This document shows positions 36,470 to 49,281 of a stretch of DNA of 64,000 nt, one piece after another. The translations under genes and the position numbers were made by a program. Position 1 is the stretch's first letter. The number at the start of each line of letters is the position of its first letter. The DNA comes from Lama guanicoe (Eukaryota). The stretch spans positions 1,305,775-1,369,774 of the forward strand of contig MU053994.1 of assembly GCA_013239625.1 (NCBI GenBank). The letters are read 5' to 3'. The notes below the pieces were generated by a model. It was not told where the DNA came from, did no database searches, and saw nothing but the letters and a program-made list of their open reading frames with translations.

Positions 36470-36745
36470 AACTACCCAGATTATGACCCACTACCCAGAT
36501 TATTATATTAACCTCTTGTCATATTTAAGAAATAGGTTTTCAAAAGAAATAAAGTGTGCAATCAAAGTCCTCTGTGTACCCTTCTTTTACCCCATTCTGT
36601 CCTTTCTTTCTCTAGAGATGGGTATTCATCATTTCCAGACATGTCTAATGTGTTTGCACATAGATAGATATCTGAAAACAACACTTGGAATTGTGAGTTT
36701 TAAAACATTACACAAATGAAACCATGCTGCATGTATCATTTTGTA
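36470..36745 (-). mobile_element. L1ME4-like 3' fragment
   Basis: aaagtcctctgtgtacccttc...aaacattacacaaatgaaaccatgctgcatgtatcatt. Confidence 0.6.
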
Positions 36746-38900
36746 TTACTGATATATTAGAAATCATTTTATCATCTTATTTTGTGTTTTCTGCTTATTA
36801 CACTTTTGTTTTCCTTTCCAACTTTCTCATGGATTGAAAAAAAAATAGTTCCCTTTTTTATTCACTGCTAGTTTGGAAGCTATATGTTGTATTTCTACCT
36901 AATTTTACTAGTTGTTCTTTCATTTAAACATACATATTTAATCATAAATGTTTTTTCAAAGTTTAAAGCTATTTAACATATCTGTTCTCCCCTCCTAACC
37001 TTTAACTACCCCCTATTGGGTAGTTTTATTAAAAATTTTCTTATTATTTTGTCTAGAATTTTAATCCCATCATTTTGAAACACAATTTGTGACTCTTTAA
37101 TGGTCAGTAGTTAATTAAATTTACCATCCTATATATTATTATATATATATATTTACCACTATTTCTGATAGCCCACTCCTCTCTGGGTTCATTTTTCTAC
37201 TTACTGAAGTACAGGCTTCCGCTGCTATTTGAAAGTAGAGCATTCCTGTGAAACCTTTTGTAAGCTGAAATGGTGTAAAGCGCAGAGGCAATTACGTTAG
37301 GACACGTCTTGCTCATGGAGGCACGAAATAAATTGAGATAAAGCACAGATGCTCACAGACACAGGTCAAAGTGATGGCATCTGGATGCTGAGATGCTGGG
37401 TGTATTTACCAGGGAAGGAGCTTGGCGGTGCCACTCTCACTGCTCGGGTGCCTGCTGCCTCTATAAGAGCTCACTTCAAAACCTTAAATGTTGTTTTTGC
37501 TTCTCAGCTTTTTTGTAAAAGCAAAAATCCTCCTTAGATTTCTTTCGGTTAGCAAAAACAGGTACTAATGTAGGTCTTTTGTGAAGACAAAGTAGCATAA
37601 AATGAACTTTCAAAAAGCAGGGGATACCTATACATCCTTTAATTGTTCTCCTAGTGAATATCTATGGGTCTTTTATATTTGAAAATATGTTTATTTATTC
37701 TCACCTTTAAAATGATATTTTAGCTTAAAGTGAAGGTGTAGATGGACAAATTCTTTTCCCTTACAGTCTGAGGACTCCATTGTCTTCTGTCATCTATTGT
37801 TGTAGATGAGAAGGCTGCTCTAAGTGTAATATTTTTTTTAAACAATAATTTGTCCTTTCATTCTAGCAGCTTTAAAATTTTTCTCTTTGTCCTTGATGTT
37901 CTGAAATTTCAATATATGTTTAAATTTAGATTTATTTTCATTCCTACTGTTTAGAATTTGGTTTAACTTTTAATCTGAGTGCTTTCTATCTTTCTCTAAT
38001 TACCATAATTCTGGAAAATTCTGTTCCCTTGTTTTGAACTCCAACTAAGTGTATAATGGCACCTCCTCTCAGTATTTCTCTCAGCTGCTCTTTCTTGGTA
38101 TCATTTTGTCTCTTTGTTCTGTGTTTTATAAATTATGCAAGACTATCTCCCAATTCACTAATTTTCTCTTTGATCAAGTCCAACCTAGAACTAACCTCAT
38201 TTATTGATTCATTTGCATAATGATATATATATATATGATATATATTTTTTATTTCCAAGATTGCTAAATGGTTCTTTTTAATGTCCACTTGTTTATTTTT
38301 CATTTTAGCTGCTTTCTCTGTTTCATAATTTCTTATTCTCACTCTCTAATATTCTTTCCTTTATCTCTTTGGGAATCTGGGATATACCAATATACTAATA
38401 TTAAAGTTCTTTTTATATCAGTATATTAGTTTCATTTTATCTAGAATAAATTCATTTCTTATTGATTTTGTTACTGCCTTTCCTAATGTTATTTTTCTTC
38501 ATGTATTTGGAATTTTTGTTTTCAAGCTTATCTTGAATGTGATTTGGTGTTAGTTTTTTCTTATTCTCTTTATGCAGCCACTTCTCCCTGTCTAGCAGTT
38601 TTGAAGTTGCCTCTACCTGACCCACTAGAGCCTTATGTCTTATATCAGTTGCTCAAAGCTCCCATCTCATGATGACATTGAGACATCATGAATTCAGTCA
38701 CAGAGCCATGAGTTGCTTCAAACATGTCCTAGCTGTTAGGCACTCTTACTCCCAGTTTAACCCATTGTTGCTGAAACCCAGCCCCTATCCCCCACCTTAA
38801 ACCTGATTCTGGTCTATTGCCAAACCAGGCCCATAGCTTTTGTCCAAATACTGCTTTGAGTTTCTGCTTTGTTTCTGTTTCCCAGAGATGTTTTTATTAT
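36745..38900 (-). mobile_element. HAL1/L1 ORF1-type fragment
   Basis: T-rich; ccattgtcttctgtcatctattgttgtagatgagaaggctg; ORF 38133-38342 (ILEIKN...INEVSSRLDLIKEKISELGD) resembles the ORF1 coiled coil. Confidence 0.75.
37212..37630. mobile_element. TcMar-Tigger-type MITE, 419 bp (family not named)
   Basis: 25-bp TIRs (20/25 match) caggcttccgctgctatttgaaagt/actttcaaaaagcaggggataccta, TA on both flanks. Confidence 0.88.
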
Positions 38901-39409
38901 TTTAGAACTTAGTTGGGTTTCTTTTTATCTTATAATATTTGATCTATCATCACATTGGTCTTTTGGAAAAGCAATAGGTATCATCTTGACTTAATTTTAT
39001 TTCCTTGCCTTTATTTTCCTTTGACTTGATTTCTACATCTGCTTAGATTAATTTATTCTGTCAAATATGTTTATACAAACTATCTCCAGTCTTTCCTGGC
39101 TTGATGAGGAGTATATATAAATAAATAAATACAGAGAGATACATAAATAATACAGTTACCTTCCACCTACAGACTGTTGTTAAGGCATCAAATCTCCCTT
39201 ACTTCAGCCTTATATATTCACTTGCCAGAACCAGATCTTCACAGAACCATCCAGAAGTGGTTCTGGGTTGCCTTACCTCCTTGGTTTGTTCCTGGGGTTT
39301 GATGCTGGCTGTGGAACCCTTATCTATCCTTGCATACCCAAGACAAAAACACATCCATTGTGGCTTTTGATTTTACCATTTTGACTGTATGAAATTTGAA
39401 AAAATAATC

Positions 39410-40345
39410 ATGCATTCAGCAAACATTTGTTGGATGGCTTATTATGTGTCATGTACTACAATAGGTAGTGTATTTATGTAGATGAATAAAATGGATCCCT
39501 ACCTTTGATGAATCCCACATCTAGTCAGGGAGAGCAGCAACTTAAGAAGCAATTTCAACATGATGTCGTAAGCGTGAACAACAAAACCATGGTGTTTTCT
39601 AAGTATCAAGGGTGGGTAGCTAAGTATCAGAAAGGGCAACCTTAGGTGAAAGCTTCCCAAGGTGAACCTTACAGGCCAAATAGAATTTTCCTAGGTGAAT
39701 AAAGAGGTGGAAGTACATGCCTGCAAAACGAACTGTACAAAGAGGAACAGGAATGGCTGTGTCTGTTAGTAACTGGAGAGGAGGCACGAGGAGCTCTAAG
39801 GGAGGGGTGAAAGACGAGATTAGAGAGGTAGGAAGGGATCACATCATGAAGGGCCTTGTGCACTCTGTTCTTGAATGTGAACTGTTTCCTGAAAGTAGTA
39901 GGGAGTAGCTTAGAAATTCTAGGCAGAGAAGTAGGGTGATTAGACTTGGATTTTAGGAATGTCACTCCAGGTTGCCAGAACTTGGGGCTAGATACAGAAA
40001 ATGATGAGGATATGGATTCTGGCAGTCATTAGAGGAGTTGGAGAGGGCAAGATGTGTGGGAGAGATGCTTAGGAGGGAGACAAGACTGAGCTTGGTGATG
40101 GAGAGACTGAGGAGTGTAAGGAAAGTCAACTCACAAGTCTGTGTATTTTGTGATTGAGTGGATAAAATGTCGCTGGAAATAGGGAGGGGCAGATTTATGG
40201 GGAGGGTATGGGAGTGATAATAAATGGGGGTTGGGACATGTTAAATTCTAGGAGCTTGGTGGGTCTTACAGATGAAAATGTGCAGTAGTAGGTGGACATG
40301 AAAATCTTGAACTCACAAGAGAGCTGTGAGAGGCAGGTGGAGAAG
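39410..40345 (-). mobile_element. L2 fragment including 3' end
   Basis: cattcagcaaacatttgttg...ggatcacatcatgaagggccttgtg...ttggacatgttaaatt. Confidence 0.85.
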
Positions 40346-40949
40346 GCTGTTGATAACAATGGCCCTTTGAGTATATACAAGTTGTTAGAATCTCCTCCAT
40401 GATAAGGGCAAATGTAGAAAATGTCTGCTTTCCGCACATCATCCTTCTCACAAAGAAAGGCTGAAGATTCCACCGTCCCTGATAAAATAAGGTGATAGGA
40501 CCTGGAATCGTTCCAAGGAAGAGAAGACTTGGGACAGTCTTCTCATCTCTTTTGTAATACAGCAGGATTCCATTATTACCAAGTCCCTATTTACTGGTTG
40601 TATCAGGCCCCTCCTCATTGAAATTACCACATGTAGCAAAATGCCTGACAGCAGCCCAGTTAACTTATAACACAGGGATCTGACCTATTCCCTAAGACCT
40701 TTATACTACATGGAAAAAGCATAGAGAATGGTAACCAATGTGTTTTAGGTCAAGTAAACAATAAAAAAGAAATATACTTTGGTTAAAGAAAGAGCTTTAG
40801 GTCAGAGACGAGGGAACTTCCCATGAGGATCTTGGCTAAGTGCAGAAATGGTTTACCCAAAGTGTCAGGGAATTTCCTCCCTCAGATGCTTCTAAGAATA
40901 GAACAAACGTTCATTTTATTGGAAAAATGTTAAGATAGCTTAGTAAAAG

Positions 40950-41400
40950 CACCAACATTGTTTAGTGGCCCTTCTACTACCCTCAGGATGAAATACAGAA
41001 TCTTAGTACAGCCCATCATGATCTCTTCCTTGCTACTCTAACCTAATTCCTCCTGCTTCCCTTGAGTTGCAAACCTGTATTCCATTTTCACTCTCTCCAG
41101 AGGTCCCTGTTCTATCCCCTTGGGTCTTCTCTCTGTTGGGAACCCGCTTCCTCCTGCCTTATACCTCTGTTGCCTCTGATTCGTCCTTCAAGTCTCACCA
41201 TAGATGCTACTTCATTCAGGAAATCTTTATTGATCTTCTAAATTATAGTTGTCCCTCCTGTGTACTCATATTTATTAATCAAATCATTCAATTTATTTTT
41301 AAGGGCCTATGTATGTGTCAGGCACTGTGCTAAGTTCTGAAAAATTAAGCCAGCCCCAATAGAATCTACTGGGGAAGAGAGACAGTAAACAAGTCAGCCA
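40950..41400. mobile_element. L2 fragments (+ 40950-41270, - 41270-41400)
   Basis: cctcaggatgaaatac...tccttcaagtctca; then tatgtgtcaggcactgtgctaag. Confidence 0.65.
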
Positions 41401-41404
41401 GTGG

Positions 41405-41945
41405 TATTAATTTGTGCACAAGGTGAGCTGCTGTACTAAAATATCCACCAATAATGTAGCATGAAGAACAGAGACATTTTATTTCTCTTTCAACAGTTGG
41501 AGGTAAGTGCTCCAGGTCAATGGGCAGTTCAGCTTCAAGCAATTGTGCAAGAACCCAGACCAAGAGTGGCTCTGCCATCTTCAGTGCATGGCTTTCAAAG
41601 TCACTGCAGTCCAGTGCTGTCCAATAGAATATTCTCTTGTGGTAAAAAGGTTCTATCTGAATCTGTGTTGTCCAGCATAGTAACCACTAGCCACAAGTGG
41701 CTTTTGGACACTTGAACTGTAGCTACTACAACCAAGAAACTGAACTTTAAATTTTAACTGATTAAAATATACATTTACATAGCCACATGTGGCTAGCTGG
41801 TGGCTACCATATTGGACAATGTAGCCTTGTTGTCACTCCAGCCAGTGGGATGGCAGGAAAAGTGGAGCTCTGGGGCCTGAAATCTCCTCTTAAGCAAGCA
41901 AGGCCAATGTTGCACCCACAGCTTCTGCTCACATTTCGTTGGACC
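41405..41945 (-). mobile_element. MaLR LTR (MLT1J-like) interrupted by MER3
   Basis: gctgctgtac...tttatttctc...ggctctgccatcttcag...cttctgctcacattt. Confidence 0.7.
41612..41824 (+). mobile_element. MER3 (hAT-Charlie)
   Basis: cagtgctgtccaatagaa...ccactagccacaagtggct...ggctaccatattggacaatgtag. Confidence 0.92.
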
Positions 41946-41947
41946 TA

Positions 41948-42969
41948 CTATGTTTCCTTGCACGTAAGTTGGCATCAGTTGTAAGACAAATCATGATTTT
42001 ATACGCCACCAAGAAAGAAAAAAATGCCACCAATTAAACTCTTACAATGCTTTTTAAAAAAATCATAGACTTTTAATTTTTACATATTGAAAGAGCCTTT
42101 TAGATATACTAAGTGTACATGAAAAGGAAAATTTAACTAAAATAAATTCCTAAAATTTCTCTGCATTGAGTCTAACTCTTCTGAAATACTTTACAACTTA
42201 AAATTGCTGATGTCCATGGTTTTCCACAGAAGATCTTTCTCTAAGCCCCTAAAACATCAGTGATTTGGAATTTCTTAAAAGAGTACTTTGTATCCAGGAT
42301 TTTTGTCCAAGATGCAGAAACCCATTTGGCAAGTTTTGATTCTGGTGCTTTGCTATTTGATCAGATTAATAGTATTATTTTTCCCTTAATTGAAACAAAT
42401 GTTGCTAGAAGTTGAGCAGTTTTGACAAATGGATATTCAGTCTTAACAATGTCCTGCTTGACACATGAATTGGTCACATCAGCCTCTCATAGCTTCAGAA
42501 TTTCTTTTGTCTGCTCTGAAGGATTTGGCAACTTCTCCTGCTTTCAATTGCATTGTTTGACACGAGATAGGTAATCCTTTTGCCCGTATCTCAGAAGCAA
42601 AATGTAACACAGCTTCATCTACTTGTAGATGTCTTCCTTTCTTAGGTCTTGTAAACACTTGGTTGTTACTTTGCAAGAAAATATGAAATTGCTGCCATTC
42701 CTCCCATGATGAATATTTGCTTCGCTAATATCAAATTTATGCCCCATTGCTTTGTTTACACGCCTTTCTGTGTACACGATACCTTTCAATGCTAAATCAT
42801 AGTATAATCTTTCCGAAGACATTTTAAACAACAATTCAATTTAGCATGTGTAGCATCAGCAATGCACAGATCCCAGTTGAAGTGATGACAGTATGAATAG
42901 CTATGACCAACGTTGCGTACATGAGGGCAGTGACAACCCTTTCATGACTGGCATCTAGCCTACAGCAAT
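41948..42969 (-). mobile_element. Kanga1-type TcMar-Tc2 transposon, internally deleted
   Basis: ORFs 42619-42834 and 42479-42676 (MSSERLYYD...KFDISEANI; PKKGRHLQVDEAVLHF...RAKGLPIS...MQLKAGE) resemble the Brinker-type DBD plus CENP-B HTH of POGK-like transposases; one TIR with TA at 41946-41947. Confidence 0.85.
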
Positions 42970-45012
42970 GGGGGGCAGGAGTCAGTGCCAGGACAAACCA
43001 AAGCCAAGACCAAACCAGTTATGGGTGAGCTAAGAGGATTCTGGCCTGTGGGAAAATTGAAGAAAAACCCATATATGGGCAGAAAGAGGCAAAAATGGGA
43101 GCCCATGATAGCCTTGAAAGGGAAGAAGGAGGGAAGGAGAAGGAGAGGGAGGAAGGGAAAGAGGGTTGTTTTCTGAAGACTCCTCAGCTTGAGGCCAGTG
43201 ATATACACATGTGTGTCTGTGTTATATGCATGCATGTGCACATACATATACATATATACACATTTGTGTTTTAATTAACCAGTTCTTACTTGAGCTAGCT
43301 CAAGTGGGTATCTGTACTTGCAAACAAACAAAGACTAGAACACTAGCCTTTTAAGATTGGTTTTGGTTCAAGGGCTGACCTTCCAGAAAAAGTCCAAAGA
43401 AGCTGATCTGACCACAAAAGGAACTGCATCGGTTGGGTCAGTTTGAGGGATTCTGACTAAAGAAGAAACATGAATTTCATGCAGCTTAATGTGAACTGAC
43501 ACTCAAGTACATACCCTCTATAGGATTTCACCCATGACTAACAAGCCTTTTAATCATGGCAAGAAGACACGGAGATTTTGCAAACATGCTTTTGCAGTAC
43601 CCACATTTAGTGTTCCTGACCCTGTTTTCTTGCCAGATTGTGAGAATCACCTGTTCCTTTTCAAGCAGTTGTCAGATCAATATTTAATCAATTGCCTTTT
43701 GATATTTGGTAGCGCTGAATAAATGGGATGCCAATATTTCTGCTCAGAGCCTTTCCTCTGGTGTACCTTATTCCGTTTCTGTGAAAGCCTTCAGGAACCT
43801 CTGAGCACTAAGTGGCAGGTCCTCCGAGTTCTGTGCTATCCCCCCCTCCTCCGTGGCATGAGGAGATGCAGGATGCTGGCGCCAGTGCCAGTCTTATTAA
43901 AGCCACGTCCAAACTGAGTCATGAAAGCGAGAGTGCAGAGCTGCATTCGGGACACTGTGGGGGCTCTGCCAGGTGAGGGCTATTTAATAGACCAGCCACA
44001 TTAAAGAAAGGCAATGATGTAGTGAAAGGAGCCTAATGAGCAGAAGTGAGGCTACCGTATCTAAAGAGAAAAAATAATGAGCTGCGAAATATCCCCCAAG
44101 GCGAGCTTGCCAGCCTTCTACAAGGAGGTCTCAGCCTATAGGTAAAAAAGGCTCATGTGGTCCCTTATCCTTGCATGGTAAACAGAAGTTCTGTGGGCAA
44201 TTAGGGGCTGAGCTGAATGTGAGATTTGAGGACTGAGAATTATGTCGCCCACTCTTTGGAGATTTCCACACCCAAGACCCCGGCTTTAATTCCCAAAGGC
44301 AACAGGGACATACTCAAGCTGTGAATAGAAATTAGGAACATCACATCATCAGAAACAACCCTCTCAGTGTCTGTGCAGCAGACGGACATCTGGATGTTAG
44401 TTCTAGAAATCTCAGGGACTGGCACTGCAGAATCTTTCTAAAGCTGTCCTCAGGGGTCATGCCATGGGGCTGCCTTGAGGGCAGAATCACCTTCTAATGA
44501 GACAATCTTGATCTTTCAGTAATGACCCCTCCTCGAATGGGATCCAAGCTGGGCATGCCCTGCCGGTGATCTTATTTATTTTACAGTTTGTGTGGGAATA
44601 CCAGGCTAGATTTGGATACATCTGGGTGGGAAAAATTATTAAACACAAAACGTTACTACATTTAGAACATGAAGGAAAGAAAAGAAACAGAAGGTTTGGT
44701 TCCTACCGTTAAGAAACATATAAACCTCTGTCCCACAGACTGTGGATCATTTACAGAGAAACTTTTTATGTGCACATAGTGGGAAGGAGAATGATACCTG
44801 TGTTTTCCAGATGAGGAAGGAGACAGGACAATGCAATATACATAATGAAACTATAAAAATAATACAACTTTATGATAATAAATCCTTATTACTTATGAAT
44901 ATTTTCTTCAGCATTTTCTAAATAGGTGCTCACAGCAACCCTATGAGACAGGCAGGGTTAGTACTGTTCTGCCGTCTTATACGTGGGAAACTGAAGCACA
45001 GCAGGATTGCAT

Positions 45013-46905
45013 CAGGAGTTCCTAATCTTTTAGCCTCTGGGATGCAAGGACGAGCAGAGTTTACATGCGTTAGGCACTCCCATGGTCATATCCAAATTTA
45101 GAAGAAATTCACATTTCTAGGCTAAATAAATAGTGCTTAAACTTTTTTTAGAGGGAGGAGGTGAGGCAGGGTTAGACATTATATTCATAATTTTATAAAT
45201 ATGTGAACAATGAAGTCAATCATTTAAAAATATCAAAATTTTATCAGGAAAAAAATCCAGAAAGATGACCAGCTAGGGCTCATAAGATTACTATATCATT
45301 TTGCATTAGTCAAGCAATCCAAAGAACCATTCATGGACCAATGATGACAATGCATGTTCCATTAAAATTGTTATTTAACAAATTACCCCAAAACTTAGCA
45401 GTCTGATACAATAGTAATTAGCTTTCACTGTTTCTAGGGGTGATTCATGTGATTGCAATCAGATAGTGGTTAAGGCCGGAACAGCTGAGGTGTCTCTCTC
45501 TTCATATAATCTCAGGATTTCTCCATGTGGTCTTAACCCATGGGCTAGTTTGGGCTTCCTTACAGCATGGCTGCTCCGGCCTGAGTGTTCCAGCGAGCAA
45601 GGCGGAAGCTGCCATCACCTTTACTGACCTAGACACATTCCGTTGGTCACAAGCAAATCACATGTCCCACCTAGTTTCAGGGGCTGGGGACAGAGACCCC
45701 CTCTCCTCTATGGGAGAAATGTCCAGGTCACATTGTTGATGAGTACATGAGAAGGAGTTATTAGCCATCCTTGGAAAATAAAATCTGCCAGAGTGTATCT
45801 TGAACTAAGGATTATGATTAATTTAGTTCTGTGCCTCCTGAGGCTCACATGAAGAAAAAATATGATCAATCAAATTTTCTTTAATGGAACTTATTTTTGA
45901 AAAAAATGAGGCTTGAATTTTTCCAAACTCATTCCATACGTAAAATTAATAAAATATGTAACCATGCAAATTGAAGGAAAAGTATAAATAAATCTTACTT
46001 TATTGTTAATATCACAAAAGATAGAATTTATGGAGAATTAACATCTTATAAACATGAAGAGCATTTTACAATTTCACTTGTGTTATCACTTTTGTCTTGC
46101 CTTTAACTTGGAAGTTAGCTGTTGTATCATAGACAGAAATGTTCCTAAGATCCTTTTCATACATGTGCAATATAGAAGCCTATGCACTTTTTTTCTCTTG
46201 TCTTTCCTTGCAGTTTGCTATTAAAAATGTATTATTGTATGAAATATAAAGGGAATGGAAGCAATTGTAGAATCATAACTCGTGGGCACTGTAAAAATCT
46301 ATAATCATTATAACAAAATACTGGTAGAGCAATAACTGTCTGGTTTGTCTGAGACATGGTTTAACAGTTTCACAAACTTTTCTACCTCAGAACCCATATA
46401 AGCCAAGGAGAAAGGATATATATCCCTGAGTCCTTGGATACATAGCCCCAGGTAACCTCAAGTCTATGGGTTGATCTTGAAAATTCATGCACATTTTGCT
46501 TTGTCTTCAAAAAGGCATCAGTGTTTTTGTTTTAATATATATTAAAAAGGGATGTTTTAGGTACCAGCAGTTAACATTGAATGGCTGCATCTCTGACATG
46601 GCTTCAAGCACCTCTGCACATCCCCTTATCTCACTTTGAGAGGCAGTGGATGGGTCATGCTTAGTTCCCATGATGCTGGCTATAATTTCCCTAACACTTT
46701 CTCTCTTTGAGAAAACACATCAGAATGCAGGAAAATGAAAATGGTGTAATTACTGGCATTACTTTAAATCCACTCTAATTTATGTATTTTAAATTCCTTT
46801 CAAACTTCAGTACTTAGCTGTTATTGTTAACTAATTACTTGAGGCACACCTCACAGTGATTATGACACCCTAGAATGTTCTAGGCACCTCTGCTAAGAAT
46901 TGCTG
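45013..46905. mobile_element. hAT-Charlie-type element (family uncertain)
   Basis: ends caggagttcctaatc.../gctaagaattgctg, subterminal acaccctagaatgttctaggcacc, degenerate ggatt- flanks, AT-rich interior. Confidence 0.55.
45350..45792 (-). mobile_element. MaLR LTR (MLT1F/G-like)
   Basis: taacaaattaccccaaaacttagc...gggctagtttgggcttccttacagcatggc...gccatccttggaaaataaaatctgcca. Confidence 0.88.
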
Positions 46906-47834
46906 GGATTAGTGACTAACCTAAGGTCGTGTGGTTAATTAATAACAGTGCTGGTATTCAGACCCTATCTTTGAACTCCTTATCTTGTGTTTTCTCTGCT
47001 ATACTTTAGAGTCATAAAAACTAGTAACAGAAATCCACATTCCCCAAGAAGGCTAGGGACGCAAGATAGGCATAAAAGAACATTTGGCAAAGAAACTAAG
47101 TTTAGTAACTTATGCTATGTTATTTACACAGTCAATTATTTATTACTGAGAGGATTAGAGAAGAAACATATGGTACCAAAGAGTCTCTGTTTTCAAGCCA
47201 AGCCAGCCTTCACTGTCTCTGCCCACCCTAAGTTCAGCAGCAGATCCACCCTGTCCATAGTGGCCCCGACACCCTGTGCCTCAGGGGCTGTGCAGGTGCT
47301 GGTGCTGCTGGAACTCCACTGAGCCTTGATACGATGGAGCAGAAATGCTGTGTCACTGGTCTTGCAAGGTGAGGAGTGTTATAGTCCCACAGCAAGGTTG
47401 CTTGAGCCACCAGTGCTGTAGAGTTGAGTTATAGGGGGTGGGGGGCACTCACATCCAAGGGTAGCAGGATCCTACCACTGCTTACCATCATGTACCCCGA
47501 AACCACCATTTGCCTCAGAGGCGTAGTTCCTGTTACTGAGTGGGTTTCACTTCTTTCCTTATGGGAAATTCCCTCTGAGGTGATCTGTTGCCTTCCATGA
47601 AATTGTGCTTCTGCCAGAGACCTTCTAGGTAAATATCATGTGCATCCATGTGTCCAAACCCCAAGATTTATTTTATCCAGGAAATTTCGTAGCTTCTATT
47701 AAAACAGTGGGTGTATATATAGTGATAGAGAGGGAGGATGTCACCTGACTTCATTTACCATAAGTATCCAAGTCCCAGCTTTGTATCCTCTGATAGAGCT
47801 TGTCACACTGGCTTTAGGAAGATCTTTGGTGAAA

Positions 47835-47837
<3 letters not shown>

Positions 47838-47909
<72 letters not shown>
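47838..47909 (+). repeat. (GA)36 microsatellite
   Basis: pure run read directly. Confidence 0.98.
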
Positions 47910-47912
<3 letters not shown>

Positions 47913-48019
47913 GTGCTAGGACAGAATTGCTAAACTAGCTCATTATATGCACTTGAATCCACCAAAAAATATTGAACAAAAAAACACAGAATACATGCCA
48001 CCTGGGTGTCGTTGTTGTT

Positions 48020-48079
48020 GTTTTCTTCCTTCCTTCCTTCCTTCTTTCCTTCCTTTCTTTCCTTCCTTTCTTTCTTTCT
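48020..48079 (+). repeat. (CTTC/CTTT)n pyrimidine tract
   Basis: read directly. Confidence 0.95.
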
Positions 48080-48109
48080 AACTCTTTTTCTGCCAGCAAA
48101 GAGACTTGA

Positions 48110-48284
48110 GATGTTAGAAAAAAATCCTAGCAGCCAGCACACCTGGATTTTAATCCTCATTCTCTTTAACTGATCTGGCTAATTCTTTCCCCTTCCTGAG
48201 CCTTGGTCCCTCATATTTCCTGGAGGGTTAAACTAGACAGTCTCCCAGAGACTTTCCAGCACTAACATGCTGTGCTTCCATGAA
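48110..48284 (+). mobile_element. MIR-family fragment
   Basis: acctggattttaatcc...cctgagccttgg...actagacagtctcccagagactttccagcactaaca. Confidence 0.55.
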
Positions 48285-48619
48285 TTTGTGAATTCTTCCA
48301 AGTGATCATAGTTGTGCGGTGCCAGCACAATTACCCCCAGCAAAGTCTCCTGTGAACTCTGCAGGAGTGGAGTTGGAAAATTGCCTGTCAGACTCACATG
48401 GAAAGTGCACTGGGCCTGAGCTCTAATGGGGGGGTGTCCCTGCAACATCCTGTAACTTGGACCCATTAGTTGCATGCCCCTTCGTAAGTCTTAATACATA
48501 AAAATAGAAAGAAATTACTGGGCTTCTACTACCTTAAAAAAGTCTGAAGCCAAGACAATGCAGGTAATCCATAATAAGGAGGTAAGAGTTTATATTCCAG
48601 GAACAAAAGTCCCTGAAAC

Positions 48620-49050
48620 TGTGACTAAAATAGTGGTTGTTTTGAACCGTCTGCAGAGTTAATAGGCTGAGTCAAATGCCTTTGTGTCACAGGTTTTATT
48701 GAAACTCTCAGCAGGGCAAGAGAGTAATGCAGTGAGTTGCTAAGGAGAAGACATGAATGAGGCAAGTGGCCACTCACCTTGCACCTGGGCCGCAAGTCCC
48801 CAGAGGCTCCCAGCTCTGGGAAGGGTCAGCAGGTGGAGGAGTAAGGGAAAGAGCTCATCTCGGTGTGGCATGATCCAACTCTGGGTTTATAAGGTTTCAG
48901 GAACACTTTCTGATGACAAGCCAGGGACCAGGTCTTTCTTCAGGAAGTCCAGGGTTTTACATCATGAAAGGGTTTTTCAGTCTTGCTCAAGAAGAGATCT
49001 CATTTCCCTAACTAGCACCAAAACCTTCTGGGTCTTCCAGGTCCTATATA
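48620..49050 (-). mobile_element. possible ERVL-type LTR
   Basis: TG start, tttattg (reverse poly(A) signal) near the start, ctgggtttata (reverse TATA) further in. Confidence 0.4.
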
Positions 49051-49281
49051 AAAAGCTTATTATATTTAAAAGCTCTTTCTCCATTTTTCCCCTTGATCAC
49101 GTGCCATTCATCCACCAATACCCAGCTCAATGTCACATCCCCCTGGAATTCCCCAATTCCCGAGATAGGAGGAGGAATTCCAAGAGATAGTCTTTTCTCC
49201 CAGAGCAGTGAAATCTCACCATAACCCATCCCTCTGTTATAGTACAGGTCACCTTATATCATAACCATTTGCTCTTATTTT

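Larger units (their letters stand above)
44870..47003 (-). mobile_element. MIR split in two (44870-45012 and 46906-47003) by a 1.9 kb insert
   Basis: ctcacagcaaccctatgagacaggc...gggaaactgaagcacag | tagtgactaacctaaggtc...ttcagacc. Confidence 0.7.

Noticed and set aside
36470..36504. short duplication actacccagattat x2
   Set aside because: Ordinary local slippage at an L1 edge
38133..38342. coiled-coil protein gene
   Set aside because: Remnant of HAL1/L1 ORF1 surrounded by stops
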